DNA of 64,000 bases from an uncultured Bacteroides sp. (GCA_964500835.1 CAZCQL010000004.1:10590-74589); one strand, 5' to 3'; shown: positions 27,518 to 38,900, counted from the stretch's first letter. The notes: generated by a model from the sequence alone, not told the origin. Numbers and translations: made by a program.

Positions 27518-28537
27518 ATGGGATTCTTTTCATTCCAGCAGGAACTGGCCATTGACCTGGGAACTGCAAATACCATTATCATCCACAATGAAAAGGTCGT
27601 GGTCAATGAACCATCCATTGTAGCCATTGACCAGCATACAAGTAAACTTATCGCAATCGGTGAGAGGGCGAGGCAAATGCATGGCAAGACACACGATGAT
27701 ATCAAAACCATCAGGCCCATGCGAGACGGAGTCATAGCCGATTTTCAGGCTGCTGAATTGATGATCAGGGGAATGATTAAGATGATCAACACGAAACGCA
27801 GGCTATTTTCACCTTCGCTCAAAATGGTGGTTTGCATTCCATCGGGAAGTACAGAGGTTGAGCGCCGGGCAGTGAGGGATTCGTCCGAACATGCCGGAGG
27901 CAGGGATGTCTATATGATTTTTGAGCCAATGGCAGCGGCGATTGGTATCGGACTTGATGTGGAGGCACCGGAAGGGTGTATGGTGGTGGATATTGGCGGA
28001 GGGACTACCGAAATAGCCGTTATTGCATTGGGCGGAATTGTCTGCAATCAGTCGATTCGAGTGGCTGGAGACGGATTTACAAGCGATGTGCAGACCTATA
28101 TGAGACACCAGCATAACATAAAGATCGGTGAACGTACCGCGGAAGAGATAAAAATCCAGGTTGGATCGGCACTACCGGAATTGGATGAACCTCCCCAGGA
28201 TTTCTACGTGAGAGGACCAAACTTAATGACAGCTTTGCCCATTGAAATTCCCATCTCATACCAGGAGATAGGCCATTGCCTGGACAAATCCATTTCTAAA
28301 ATCGAAACAGCTATTTTATCAGTCCTGGAACAGACACCCCCGGAACTTTATGCAGATATTGTTACTAAAGGTATATACCTGGCAGGTGGCGGGGCACTCC
28401 TTCGTGGGCTTGACAGAAGGCTGGCCGAGAAGATTTCCATTCCCTTTCATGTAGCCGAAGATCCACTTCAGGCTGTAGCCCGCGGGACAGGCATTGCCCT
28501 TAGAAATGTGGACAAGTACCCGTTCCTAATGCGTTAG
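27518..28537 (+). CDS. mreB: Rod shape-determining actin-like protein MreB
   Basis: IDLGTANT, EPMAAAIG, VDIGGGTTE, AGGGALLRG. Confidence 0.97.
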   Translation: MGFFSFQQELAIDLGTANTIIIHNEKVVVNEPSIVAIDQHTSKLIAIGERARQMHGKTHDDIKTIRPMRDGVIADFQAAELMIRGMIKMINTKRRLFSPSLKMVVCIPSGSTEVERRAVRDSSEHAGGRDVYMIFEPMAAAIGIGLDVEAPEGCMVVDIGGGTTEIAVIALGGIVCNQSIRVAGDGFTSDVQTYMRHQHNIKIGERTAEEIKIQVGSALPELDEPPQDFYVRGPNLMTALPIEIPISYQEIGHCLDKSISKIETAILSVLEQTPPELYADIVTKGIYLAGGGALLRGLDRRLAEKISIPFHVAEDPLQAVARGTGIALRNVDKYPFLMR

Positions 28538-28558
28538 GTAATGGATTGCACATAGCTT

Positions 28559-29377
28559 ATGAGGACGCTGCTCAGGTTTATTCAGAAGTACTCCAACCTC
28601 TTGTTGTTTCTCGTCCTGGAAGCAATTGCAATAGCCTTTATGGTCGAGAGCAGCAGCTTCCAACGATCAAAGCTGGTGGGTGTCAATCGACAGGTTACCG
28701 GGTACATTTTCAGCAAAGTTGATGGCGCCAGGGAATATTTCTCACTAAAGGAAACCAATCAAAAACTAGCAGATGAAAACCTGAAGCTGAGGAACAGGTT
28801 AGACCAGGTCTCTCTCCTATTGGATAGTTCAATAATCATCGAAGAGACCAGGAATTCGTATCACTATTTTTATATTCCCTCCCGTATTATCCACAACAGT
28901 GTTTTTAAACAGTATAATTATATTACCCTGGATAAGGGAAAGAAACATGGGGTATTCAGGGACATGGGAGTTATCTCAGACCAGGGGCTGGTGGGTATTG
29001 TCCTTGAAAGTTCCAATAATTTTTCCACCGTTATTCCGGTTATCAACAGGGATTTCAGGCTAAGCGTAAAGATCAGTTCAAATGATTATGCCGGAATTCT
29101 TCAATGGGATGGATTGTCGCCACAGAAAGCCATGCTCACAGAAATCCCATTCCATGTGAACGTCCTTGAGGGGGATACCTTGCTTACAAGCGGATTCTCC
29201 TCCATTTTTCCGGAAGGGATCCTGGTGGGCGTGATTGAATCCTTTTCATTGGAAAAAGGCAACTTCTATGACATCACAGTAAAACTATCCACAGATTTCC
29301 AGAGCTTATTCCATGTAAATGTAATCCGGAATTACAGACAGGAAGAACAACTAAATCTCGAGGATCAGACAAGGTAA
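28559..29377 (+). CDS. mreC: Rod shape-determining protein MreC
   Basis: N-terminal TM plus coiled coil, ITLDKG, MGVISDQGLVG, TSGFSSIFPEG; follows mreB. Confidence 0.92.
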   Translation: MRTLLRFIQKYSNLLLFLVLEAIAIAFMVESSSFQRSKLVGVNRQVTGYIFSKVDGAREYFSLKETNQKLADENLKLRNRLDQVSLLLDSSIIIEETRNSYHYFYIPSRIIHNSVFKQYNYITLDKGKKHGVFRDMGVISDQGLVGIVLESSNNFSTVIPVINRDFRLSVKISSNDYAGILQWDGLSPQKAMLTEIPFHVNVLEGDTLLTSGFSSIFPEGILVGVIESFSLEKGNFYDITVKLSTDFQSLFHVNVIRNYRQEEQLNLEDQTR

Positions 29378-29880
29378 TGTATATTCTTGGTAGAAATATA
29401 ATCCGTCTCATCGCAGTAATCACCTTTCAGGTCCTGGTAATGGATCATGTGATGATTAACGGGTACATGGTGCCATACGTTTATATTCTGTTCATTCTTC
29501 TGATGCCCTTTGAGACTCCTCAGTGGGTACAATTACTTTCGGGATTTATCCTGGGACTGGGCATAGATCTTTTAGAAAACACTCCCGGATTACATACCGC
29601 GTCCACTGTGTTGATTGCATATGTAAGACCCTATCTTCTTAATTTGCTTGCACCACGCGATGGGTACGAATCAGATACCTTTCCACGGGTTCATTTCTAT
29701 GGACTCGTCTGGTTCTTAAAATATACCCTGATCATCGTGGTGATACACCACCTTGCACTCTTTTATCTTGAGATATTCCAGTTGAAAGATTTTTTAGGTA
29801 CCTTGCTTAGGGTGATCCTGAGTTCAATCCTATCCACCTCAACCATCTTGCTTAGCCAATACTTTGTATTCCGGAAATAG
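29377..29880 (+). CDS. mreD: Rod shape-determining protein MreD
   Basis: Hydrophobic 167 aa, GLGIDL, TPGLH; between mreC and mrdA. Confidence 0.88.
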   Translation: MYILGRNIIRLIAVITFQVLVMDHVMINGYMVPYVYILFILLMPFETPQWVQLLSGFILGLGIDLLENTPGLHTASTVLIAYVRPYLLNLLAPRDGYESDTFPRVHFYGLVWFLKYTLIIVVIHHLALFYLEIFQLKDFLGTLLRVILSSILSTSTILLSQYFVFRK

Positions 29881-31791
29881 ATGAACCAGTTTACTGATAG
29901 AAGGTATGTTTTTGCCATTGCAATCAGCCTGGTAGGCTTGATTTTCATTATTCGCTTATTTCAAATTCAGGTACTCGACAAGTCATATGAACAATATGCC
30001 TTAAGTAATGCGCAGAGTGTCAGGGTAATTTACCCGGCCCGGGGATTAATCTATGACCGCAATGGTGATATTATGGTGTACAACCAGGCTGCATACGATA
30101 TCATGGTTACTCCCCGGCTGCTTGAAAAATTTGATACTACCCAATTGAGCCAAATCCTTAAGATCAGTAGAGAAGGCGTAAATGAGCGTCTTCGATCGGC
30201 CCGGTCTTATTCTATGTGGGTCCCTTCGGTCTTCATGAAACAGGTCAACTATGAAAATGCAGCCCTGCTTCAGGAGAAAATGTATCAATATCCCGGCTTT
30301 TATGTGCAGACGCGTACACTGAGAAAATACACCAGACCAATTGCTTCTCATGCCCTGGGATACGTGGGAGAAGTTGATCAGCAAATCCTTGATAATGATC
30401 CCTATTATCAGCTAGGCGATTACATAGGTGTCTCAGGTGTAGAAAAAGCTTATGAAAAAGAGCTTCGGGGTCAAAAGGGGAAGAACGTATTTCTCAAGGA
30501 TGTACATAACCAGGCCGTTGAATCTTACCAGTCAGGAAGGTTGGATGTTTCAGTGGAAGTAGGGAGCGACCTGACTGTTACACTGGACGCCGAGCTCCAG
30601 GAATATGGTGAGAAGCTGATGTCACCCTATGTGGGAAGCATAGTGGCACTTGAGCCATCCACGGGGGAAGTCCTGGCTCTGGTAAGTGCCCCCAGTTATA
30701 CTCCCGATCTGCTGGTTGGCAGAAACCTGAACACGGAGTTTGGCAAACTGGCATCAGATACACTGAATCCATTGTTCAACCGGGCGCTCATGGCACAGTA
30801 CCCCCCTGGTTCAACCTTCAAGACCATCATGGCTTTAATAGGACTGCAGGAAAAGGTAATCTCAACGTCAACCGAGCACGATTGTTTTTACGGATTCTAT
30901 GTGGGAAATATCCATACTGCTTGTCACTTGCACGACACTCCATTGAATCTGATCGAGGCAATCCAGAACTCCTGCAACAGCTATTTTATAAATGTTTTAA
31001 AAAGCATCCTTACCGATGTGAAATTCAGTAGTACCGGCAGCGCCTATGAAAATTGGCGCAAACACCTTCTCTCCATGGGCCTAACCTCACCCCTGGGGAT
31101 TGAACTTACCAACGAGCTGGATGGCAATATCCCCGAATCAGGCTACTTTAACACTATTTATGGCGAAGGTCATTGGAATTATCTTACCATTCGGTCATTG
31201 GCCATAGGACAGGGTGAAATGCTGATCACACCCATTCAGATGGCCAACATGACTGCTTCCATTGCAAATCGCGGATACTTTATCACTCCCCATTTAGTGA
31301 AGGAGGTTGATGGGGGGAGTGTCCTTGATTCAATCTATTCTGAAAAGCACTATACTTCGATTGACTCGGCCAATTATGAACCAGTTGTAGAGGGGATGTA
31401 CCTGGTGGTCAACGGAGGAGCGGGTTCCACTGCGCGCAATGCCAAAATCCAGGACATTGCAGTTTGTGGGAAAACCGGAACTGCTGAAAATCCCCACGGC
31501 AATGACCATTCGATATTTATTGCCTTTGCCCCAAAGAATGATCCAAAGATTGCCATAGCTGTATACGTTGAAAATCAAGGATTTGGAACCACTTACGCAG
31601 CTCCGATTGCCAGTTTAATGATCGAAAAATTCCTTACACGAGAAGTCAAGAGGACATGGTATGAGAATTGGGTAATGCAACTTCTTCCACCCGTTGCACC
31701 CTCCAGGAAGGTTGACTCGACATCTACAGAACCACTGCCAACCGATACCATACCTGTAGTAATTTCTATGAATGATGGTACGCCGGAATAA
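29881..31791 (+). CDS. mrdA: Penicillin-binding protein 2
   Basis: PARGLIYDRNG, SxxK PGSTFK, SCN, KTG in CGKTGTAEN. Confidence 0.95.
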   Translation: MNQFTDRRYVFAIAISLVGLIFIIRLFQIQVLDKSYEQYALSNAQSVRVIYPARGLIYDRNGDIMVYNQAAYDIMVTPRLLEKFDTTQLSQILKISREGVNERLRSARSYSMWVPSVFMKQVNYENAALLQEKMYQYPGFYVQTRTLRKYTRPIASHALGYVGEVDQQILDNDPYYQLGDYIGVSGVEKAYEKELRGQKGKNVFLKDVHNQAVESYQSGRLDVSVEVGSDLTVTLDAELQEYGEKLMSPYVGSIVALEPSTGEVLALVSAPSYTPDLLVGRNLNTEFGKLASDTLNPLFNRALMAQYPPGSTFKTIMALIGLQEKVISTSTEHDCFYGFYVGNIHTACHLHDTPLNLIEAIQNSCNSYFINVLKSILTDVKFSSTGSAYENWRKHLLSMGLTSPLGIELTNELDGNIPESGYFNTIYGEGHWNYLTIRSLAIGQGEMLITPIQMANMTASIANRGYFITPHLVKEVDGGSVLDSIYSEKHYTSIDSANYEPVVEGMYLVVNGGAGSTARNAKIQDIAVCGKTGTAENPHGNDHSIFIAFAPKNDPKIAIAVYVENQGFGTTYAAPIASLMIEKFLTREVKRTWYENWVMQLLPPVAPSRKVDSTSTEPLPTDTIPVVISMNDGTPE

Positions 31792-33199
31792 TATATTTGC
31801 CAACCTCGATTGGATCTCCATTCTCCTGTGGATCGTTATGCTGGCATTTGGGTGGATGAATATCTATTCAGCCAACATTATGGAAGCCGATGCAGGCATA
31901 TTAGACCTTTCCCAGCGATTTGGGAAGCAACTTCTGTGGATGGGAGCATCTGTCCTGCTAGCCATTTTATTGCTTGTTCTGGACGCTAAGTTCTATATCT
32001 ATTTCGCATACTTTTTATATGCGCTGTTACTACTCGTTTTATTGGGAGTCCTGGTGTTCGGAAAAGAGATTAACGGTGCAAAAAGCTGGTTTGTTTTAGG
32101 AGGGTTCCAGCTTCAACCGGCAGAATTTGCCAAACCAGTTACCGCTCTAGCACTGGCAAATCTGCTCACTTCTCATAGCTATAACCTTAGGAAAATCTGG
32201 CACCTTCTTCAGGCAGGCGCTCTCATTATAGTGCCCCCCATGTTAATCCTCCTTCAGCCTGATCTCGGATCGGTGCTGGTGTATCTGGCTTTCATTTTGG
32301 TGCTGTTCAGAGAGGGATTTTCGTCCAATATCATGCTTATGCTTGCGGCACTCATTTTCCTGTTCTTTGCCACACTGATTATGGACAAATTACTTATCCT
32401 GGTTTTGCTTGTCCTCATGGGGATAGCTATTTACATGATCGTATCAAGATCATTTAAAAAGGGAGCTATAAGTGCTGCCTGGGCCTTAGGATTATTTGGA
32501 ATCCTTTATGGAATCAACCGTTTGCTAGATGTCGGTTTCTCCTTGTATTCACTTGGACTGGCCGCCCTTGTACCTGTCTCTATCGGATTTGCTGTTAAAA
32601 GATTCCGAACAAGAGAATACGGTCATGTGAAAATTTTAGCCGGCGTGATCATCTCCATTGCTTTTACAGTTTTGGTGGACTATACCATGCATAACATTCT
32701 TAAACCTCATCAACAGCACAGGATTTATGTCACGTTGGGAATGGAAGATGATCCACAGGGGGTTGGCTACAATGTGAACCAATCCAAAATAGCCATTGGC
32801 TCTGGTGGATTTAACGGAAAAGGGTACCTGAATGGTACACAGACCAAACTCCATTTTGTTCCGGAACAAAGTACCGATTTTATTTTCTGCACTGTTGGCG
32901 AAGAATGGGGTTTTCTGGGCACCACATTCGTGATTCTGCTATACATAGGTTTTCTTTTAAGAATGATCATCTTAGCGGAGAGGCAACGCTCCTCATTCAG
33001 TCGCATTTTTGGCTATGGATTTATCTCCATTTTTTTCTTCCACTTTCTTATCAATATAGGGATGACCATCGGTTTGCTGCCGGTTATTGGGATACCACTG
33101 CCCTTTTTTAGTTACGGAGGGTCATCTCTCTGGGCCTTTACCATGTTTCTTTTCATCTTCCTCAGGTTGGATGCCAGCCGTCTTGAACTGCTTCGCTAA
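31772..33199 (+). CDS. rodA: SEDS peptidoglycan polymerase RodA
   Basis: FQLQPAEFAK, LQPDLGS, GYNVNQSKIAIGSGG, PEQSTDFIF, GIPLPFFSYGGSS. Confidence 0.95.
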   Translation: MMVRRNNIFANLDWISILLWIVMLAFGWMNIYSANIMEADAGILDLSQRFGKQLLWMGASVLLAILLLVLDAKFYIYFAYFLYALLLLVLLGVLVFGKEINGAKSWFVLGGFQLQPAEFAKPVTALALANLLTSHSYNLRKIWHLLQAGALIIVPPMLILLQPDLGSVLVYLAFILVLFREGFSSNIMLMLAALIFLFFATLIMDKLLILVLLVLMGIAIYMIVSRSFKKGAISAAWALGLFGILYGINRLLDVGFSLYSLGLAALVPVSIGFAVKRFRTREYGHVKILAGVIISIAFTVLVDYTMHNILKPHQQHRIYVTLGMEDDPQGVGYNVNQSKIAIGSGGFNGKGYLNGTQTKLHFVPEQSTDFIFCTVGEEWGFLGTTFVILLYIGFLLRMIILAERQRSSFSRIFGYGFISIFFFHFLINIGMTIGLLPVIGIPLPFFSYGGSSLWAFTMFLFIFLRLDASRLELLR

Positions 33200-33249
33200 A
33201 ATTATAAATTCCGGTGCTGCTGGTAGTGGCGAATTTTGAAAGGTCATGC

Positions 33250-33867
33250 TTAACAATCAGGGTAACCGGTCCTCTGGGTAGGAATGACGATCTTATATTT
33301 CTCTTCTAAAAACTGAATGATTGATGGCAGGAATTCAAGGAAGTCAGTTTTTAAGAATTCGTATTGGTCGGTTAGCACTTCCACGGCATATTCCGCATGA
33401 TTTGGCAAAGAAGTATTCGCTGCCATTCGTTCAAGTACCAATTCAATGCCTTCCACTGACTGATAGGCCATCATCCAGTTATTTTCAAGAAAAGTCGGGA
33501 ACCACCTCTTTATTGCAGATGGCAGCACTTTATAATTCCGTTTCAAAAGGTCGTATGTTCTGCTCACAAATTCGTTAAGTGGGAGAGTGGAATAATTATC
33601 CCAAAGTGAAGCTAAAAAATGATCGTAAAAAATATCAATAATAATCCCCGCATATTTATGGTACCTCGATGCGATATGCTGTTTACTGCGCCGGGTAATG
33701 GCATGCATATCAGTAAATGTGTCGATATCCCTGTGAATTATGATCCCTTTTGTTACCTGATCGGGAAAGAGTAAATAATTTTTACCTTTTACATAGTCGC
33801 CCATAAAATTGCCGACAATGATTTGCTCATTGCATCCTGACAGGTATGTATGTGCTAAAAAATTCAC
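33250..33867 (-). CDS. acpH: ACP phosphodiesterase
   Basis: MNFLAH, GNFMGDYVKG, IHRDIDTFTD, DIFYDHFLA. Confidence 0.9.
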   Translation of the reverse strand: MNFLAHTYLSGCNEQIIVGNFMGDYVKGKNYLLFPDQVTKGIIIHRDIDTFTDMHAITRRSKQHIASRYHKYAGIIIDIFYDHFLASLWDNYSTLPLNEFVSRTYDLLKRNYKVLPSAIKRWFPTFLENNWMMAYQSVEGIELVLERMAANTSLPNHAEYAVEVLTDQYEFLKTDFLEFLPSIIQFLEEKYKIVIPTQRTGYPDC

Positions 33868-33931
33868 GTGGGAATGCTATTTATTTCGAATTTCGATAAA
33901 ATTATTCGAAAAATCTCATTTATTATAGCGT

Positions 33932-33945
33932 AATAGTTAACTATT
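33932..33945. promoter_or_regulatory. Perfect 14-bp palindrome AATAGTTAACTATT
   Basis: Read directly in the divergent acpH/cyclophilin-remnant intergenic region. Confidence 0.35.
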
Positions 33946-33995
33946 CTCAAGTAAATTCGGTACTTAGGGCCATGTACTCAGTTAAATGTTGAATC

Positions 33996-34403
33996 ATGCA
34001 AACTCCACAGACTCTCGTCCCGGCAAGCCGTAAGGATAATCAGCCCCACAACAACGTTCAAATAGAAGTGATCCAGGGGGGACTCTGCGACGATACCTTG
34101 ATAAATCTTTACCCCCCGATTGTTCATGAAACCACCCGGATGACAGGGATCAGGCATACAAATGGCGTTATCTCAATGGCCAGAAATGAGCCTGGCACTG
34201 CCTCCACCGAATTTTTCATATGCATTGGTGACCAGCCCTCATTGGATTATAAGGGGAACCGAAATCCGGATGGACAGGGCTTTGCCGCCTTTGGGAAGGT
34301 TACCAGTGGCATGGAGGTGGTCAGGGATATTCAGTCACATACCGATACAGCACAATACCTGCTAAAACCTGTCTTAATCCAAGAAATGAAAGTAATTCCC
34401 TAA
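33996..34403 (+). pseudogene. N-terminally truncated cyclophilin-type peptidyl-prolyl isomerase
   Basis: DNQP...IEVIQGG, SMARNEPGTASTEFFICIGDQPSLD, FAAFGKVTSGMEVV are present. The N-terminal strands and FxR catalytic motif are absent, and no homologous frame was found upstream. Confidence 0.7.
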
Positions 34404-34416
34404 ATACAGATCAGTT

Positions 34417-35238
34417 TTATTCACACACCCTATCCACCAGACCAAGAGCTTTTGAATCCCAACAATGCCAATCTGTGTCACCAAACTTAGCCAGATCCAT
34501 AACGCGCCCTTCAATGGTGGTGGTATTCCACTCGATTTGAGTTTCATTGGCTGCCAGGGAGATGGTATACGAAGCATCGTATATTTCCTGGGGCATATAT
34601 GCCAGCATGATGTAGCTTCCGGTCTCTTCCATTTCCTGTTCCACATAAGTATAGGTGAGGTCTGCTTCTTCCGTTTCAAAGTCCTTGTTCCACTCTGCTT
34701 CAAGCACTTTAACCGAACCTTCCTTAAAAAAATTCCACGTGGCATGGGTATGATCGTACCGGACTATTCCGTCGAACCATTTTATCCCCTGGTCAGGGGC
34801 TAGGGCAAGGCCGATTATCATCTTCATGGAGAATTCTTCGTTGCTGATCCTTGCACCGGTTAACGTTGCGGTATAATCCAGATTATTTAGCGGAAAATCA
34901 AATGCCCATTCCCAGGTATTGTCGCCAAGATATTCCGGAGCTTGCTGAAGTGCATAACCATAGGCCACAACTGGCACAGCCATGGTAATGGTCGTGGCAA
35001 CATTCCAAAAAACTACAGACAGGTAAGCGTGAAGAAAATTCTCACTGGATAATTCTGACGCTTTCTTACCAGCCGGTTGTTCATTGAAAGCTGAAAAATC
35101 CATCACCAGACTCTCCACCGGGGGAAGGTTCGGCCTGTTATCAACATTTTCTTTATCACACGAGGTGAATGAGAGGAGCATCGACAGGGCTAGGGAAATA
35201 GAAACTATTGACGTAGGATTCAGAAACTTTTTCATCAT
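34417..35238 (-). CDS. Hypothetical lipoprotein (beta-rich)
   Basis: Signal with lipobox FTS-C; Trp-rich alternating strands; C-terminal Cys pair. Confidence 0.8.
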   Translation of the reverse strand: MMKKFLNPTSIVSISLALSMLLSFTSCDKENVDNRPNLPPVESLVMDFSAFNEQPAGKKASELSSENFLHAYLSVVFWNVATTITMAVPVVAYGYALQQAPEYLGDNTWEWAFDFPLNNLDYTATLTGARISNEEFSMKMIIGLALAPDQGIKWFDGIVRYDHTHATWNFFKEGSVKVLEAEWNKDFETEEADLTYTYVEQEMEETGSYIMLAYMPQEIYDASYTISLAANETQIEWNTTTIEGRVMDLAKFGDTDWHCWDSKALGLVDRVCE

Positions 35239-35281
35239 TTGTTTGATTTTTAGATTATTATCGAGATAGTTATTCGTTTGA

Positions 35282-35310
35282 TAGACCGCAATTGTTGCAA
35301 AAAGGATGCA
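35282..35310 (-). promoter_or_regulatory. Possible ECF-sigma-type promoter for the 34417-35238 lipoprotein
   Basis: Minus strand TGCATCC-N16-GGTCTA loosely resembles ECF -35/-10 elements; pattern judged by eye. Confidence 0.25.
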
Positions 35311-35315
35311 TGAAC

Positions 35316-35984
35316 CTAGTTCCCCTGCACATGTTCTTCTGCAGGCACAACCTGGTATGATTTGTCTACGATAAGATCAGCCATAGGTTTCAGCGATACA
35401 ACCGAAAGGTGCTCTTTTTCCAGGATTCCTAAACGAAAGTCGCTCAGGGCTTCCTTCATTCGTATAATCTGGTTAATCTTGGTTTCATGGTAGGTCAGGT
35501 CGATAAATACCCGCAAATCAATGTCAGGCGCTTTTATAGCATAAAGTCCATCCACAATGAGAAGATCAATCTTACTGAAATCAGTAATCAGTTTATCAAC
35601 CTGTTCAGGAATGAGATCAATGCAAGGGATCATGCACTCCTGTTCTTCTCTGAAATCACGAATGGTTTTCTTGATTTTAATCCAGTCATATTCATCGTGC
35701 CCGATCTTATCGAAGCCCTTATTGCGACGCCATTCTTCCCTAAGAAGAGGTTGGATCTTATAATAATTATCTGTGTGGATCACTTTGGCCCTTACATGGT
35801 GCTCCTTAAAAATCTTCCCGAGGGAATGTGCGAGTTCAGATTTGCCGGAGCCAGATTCACCGGCTATGGCTACGATATATCGATAACGCTCCTCCTTTTT
35901 TTCGCGGTCTTCCACGATCCGTTCATAAATCACCTGAGCAGCATCCTTGTGCATATCATTGATCAGAAGCACGTCTCCTAACAT
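35316..35984 (-). CDS. Uridine kinase/PRK-like P-loop kinase
   Basis: Walker A AGESGSGKS, IHTDNYY, Walker B LIVDGLYA; 13 bp downstream of the betaPGM-GH65 gene. Confidence 0.8.
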   Translation of the reverse strand: MLGDVLLINDMHKDAAQVIYERIVEDREKKEERYRYIVAIAGESGSGKSELAHSLGKIFKEHHVRAKVIHTDNYYKIQPLLREEWRRNKGFDKIGHDEYDWIKIKKTIRDFREEQECMIPCIDLIPEQVDKLITDFSKIDLLIVDGLYAIKAPDIDLRVFIDLTYHETKINQIIRMKEALSDFRLGILEKEHLSVVSLKPMADLIVDKSYQVVPAEEHVQGN

Positions 35985-35997
35985 GGTATATGGATTT

Positions 35998-38900
35998 TTA
36001 ATTTAAGCTGATTGAAACAGGCTCATCCTGTGACAGTTCAATTTCTTTCCCGCAAAGATGTATTTTTATTTTTTCCTTTCCTTCATTTTTTCCTGAAATT
36101 TTAACCAGCTTTTTTGATACATGCACTTTGAATTTCGTTCCTCTGAAAGTGAATCTGAAATCCAAACCAGTCCATAGGGCTGGCAGGCAGGGATTGAGAA
36201 CAGGAATAGTTCCCTGCAGATTTAATCCGCCGAATCCGGAAATAACATCATAAACAGTTCCAGCCATAACGCCACAATGGACCCCTTCTCCAGTAGTACC
36301 GCCCTGAATATCAACCAGATCACTGCGCAACGCATCCAGATAAAGATCCCAACCTGTATCCTGCAGGTTCATTTGCCATGCCAGCTTAGCATGCACCAAT
36401 CGGCTTAGGGTCGACCCATGGGAGGTACGATTCAAATAGTAGTCGAAGTTTGATTTCACATAAGTTTCCGGAACGTGGTATCCCAATAATTCAATTAAAT
36501 GTGTGACCTCAGCACTTCCCAAATTATAAAAGCACATGAGAAAATCGGCCTGTTTGGCAAGTTTATAATCATCTGGTGATTTGCCCTCCGCTTTAAGGAT
36601 TCGATCCAGTCGATGGATATCATCATATTTATTTCGGTAATGATTCCAATCCAGTTCCTTAAGATCAAAATACCCCTTGAATTGCTCTACTATGCCTTCA
36701 TCCGAAATTATTAATGCAAGTCCAGTCATGATCTCCTTCCAGCGGGTGAGATCATCCTGAGTTATCCCAATTTTGTTTAGAACCCTCTCTTTTTGACCTG
36801 CATCCATATCACTCAGTATCCTGAAAGCCTTCTCCATCATCCAGCTTACCATGATGTTGCTATAGGCATTATCTGTAAGGCCGCCCTCTCCGGAACCCGG
36901 AATGGTCTCATGAAATTCATCAGGCCCCATAACCTTATCGATATGGTACCTTGAATCGCTTTCGTCATATGTGGATTTGCTGGCCCAGAACTTGCAAATG
37001 TCAAACAAAATCTCAGCACCGTATTTTTCCATGAAATCGAGGTCAGCAGTTGCATGATAATAATTCCAAACATTGTACGCAATGGCAAGCGAAATATGCC
37101 TTTGTAGGGAACTATAATCCTCCCCCCACTCGCCAGATAATGGGTTCAGATGAATTACCTGTGTCTCCTCCCGGCCGTCGCTCCCACTCTGCCATGGAAA
37201 CATAGCCCCTTCATAACCATACTCCAGTGCATAAGCCCTGGCAGCATCCAATCGCCTGTAGCGGTACATGAGTACTGATTTGACCACTTCAGGAAAATGG
37301 AGGTTATAGAAAGGAAGAATGAATAGTTCATCCCAGAATATATGTCCTCGATAAGCTTCGCCGTGCAGACCCCTGGGAGGAATTCCGGAATCAAGCCCGG
37401 CGTGGTGGGGTGAAGCGGCCACCATCATGTGGAACAGGTGCAATCTCAGCAATCTTTGTGCTTCCCGGTCACCTGAGACAGAAACGTCCATCTGATCCCA
37501 CAATTCTCTCCACCTCCCGGCTGACAATTGTGCCTCTTTTTCATAAGATGACATTTCTTCCAGGGTAGCTCTTGCCTCCTCTAGCGGATCCTCCACTCCA
37601 GGGTCCCTGGAGGTAAATATCGAAACCATTTTCTCAAGAATCACGGATTGTCCCTTTTTAGCATCCACCTCAAACTCCCGATCAATCCAGCCATTCCCGG
37701 AATTGCCTTTGGAACTGACCCCTTTTCCTCCATTTATAATTTTATTTTTGGCACAAACCGCAATCAGCACATTCGACTGAGTGGTTTCCACCACAAGCTC
37801 GATCCTGCCTGGCAGGGATTCTTCCGATACCGGTGATAACTGTTGTTGATTTAATGTGTTGTAGCGCTCCACACCGGCATTGCGATGGTCCCCTCTTAAC
37901 TCAGATTTAACTCCTATTCTCCCCGAATAATTTACAGGAGTTATCTTGTAACTCAGTCCCGCACGATGCGGATCTGCCATTCCTGCGAATCGCGACGATA
38001 CCACTCGTGTAATCCTGCCTTGCTCATCTTCAAGGAGCATCTCTCTTACCAGTTTGCCCGTTTTAAATTCCAACGAACGATGGATACTTTTTATACTAAA
38101 TGTGGATGTAGAATTAATCTCAAACCAGTATCCTCCATCGATTCGAAACGTGATAGGCAGCCAGTTTGTAACATTTACAAAATCCTCGTTTACAATATCC
38201 CTTTCCCCGATACTTGAGCTCAGGCGGTTAAACAGTCCCGATATATACGTGCCCGGATAGTTGATCTTATTGGCACGGCTTTCCTCCATGGCTCCCCGTG
38301 TCCCGAAATATCCGTTCCCCACTGCAAGAAGAGCCTCCCGGGACCGCTCCATCCCCTGTTCATAATCGTAAAAGTCCAGCTTCCATCCATCTTGTTCCAT
38401 TCCTGTTTCAAACCACCGATTGATTCCTTCCAAACCGATTTCTCGCAGATCTTCGACCACAATATCAGCTCCGCCAATCTGGAGCTCCATGGTATTCTCT
38501 TCCCGGGCCACCCCAAGCACGAATCCAAAGTTTCCTTTCCGTCCTGCCTGAACTCCTGAAACTGCATCCTCAACAACAACCGATCTGTGGTATTTTACAC
38601 CCAGGTTGTCACATGCTGTGGTAAATATATCCGGCTCGGGCTTTCCCTTCAATCCTATCTCTGCCGAGACAATGCCATCCACCCGTGTCTCAAAATAATG
38701 GAGCAAACCGGCTTTTTCAAGTACCGGTTTACAGTTTTTACTCGAGGAGGCCACCCCTATCCTAACTCCTGCCTCTTTCAGACCACGCAGCATTTCCACT
38801 GAGCTTTCATAAACCTCTACCCCCTCCATATCAAGCACTTCGTTGAACATTATATTTTTCTTGTTTCCTAATCCACATACTGTTTCCTGATCGGGAGCAT

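Noticed and set aside
31680-31791. Pro/Thr/Ser-rich C-terminal tail on PBP2 overlapping rodA
   Set aside because: Short low-complexity tails and mrdA-rodA overlaps are common; no further signal.
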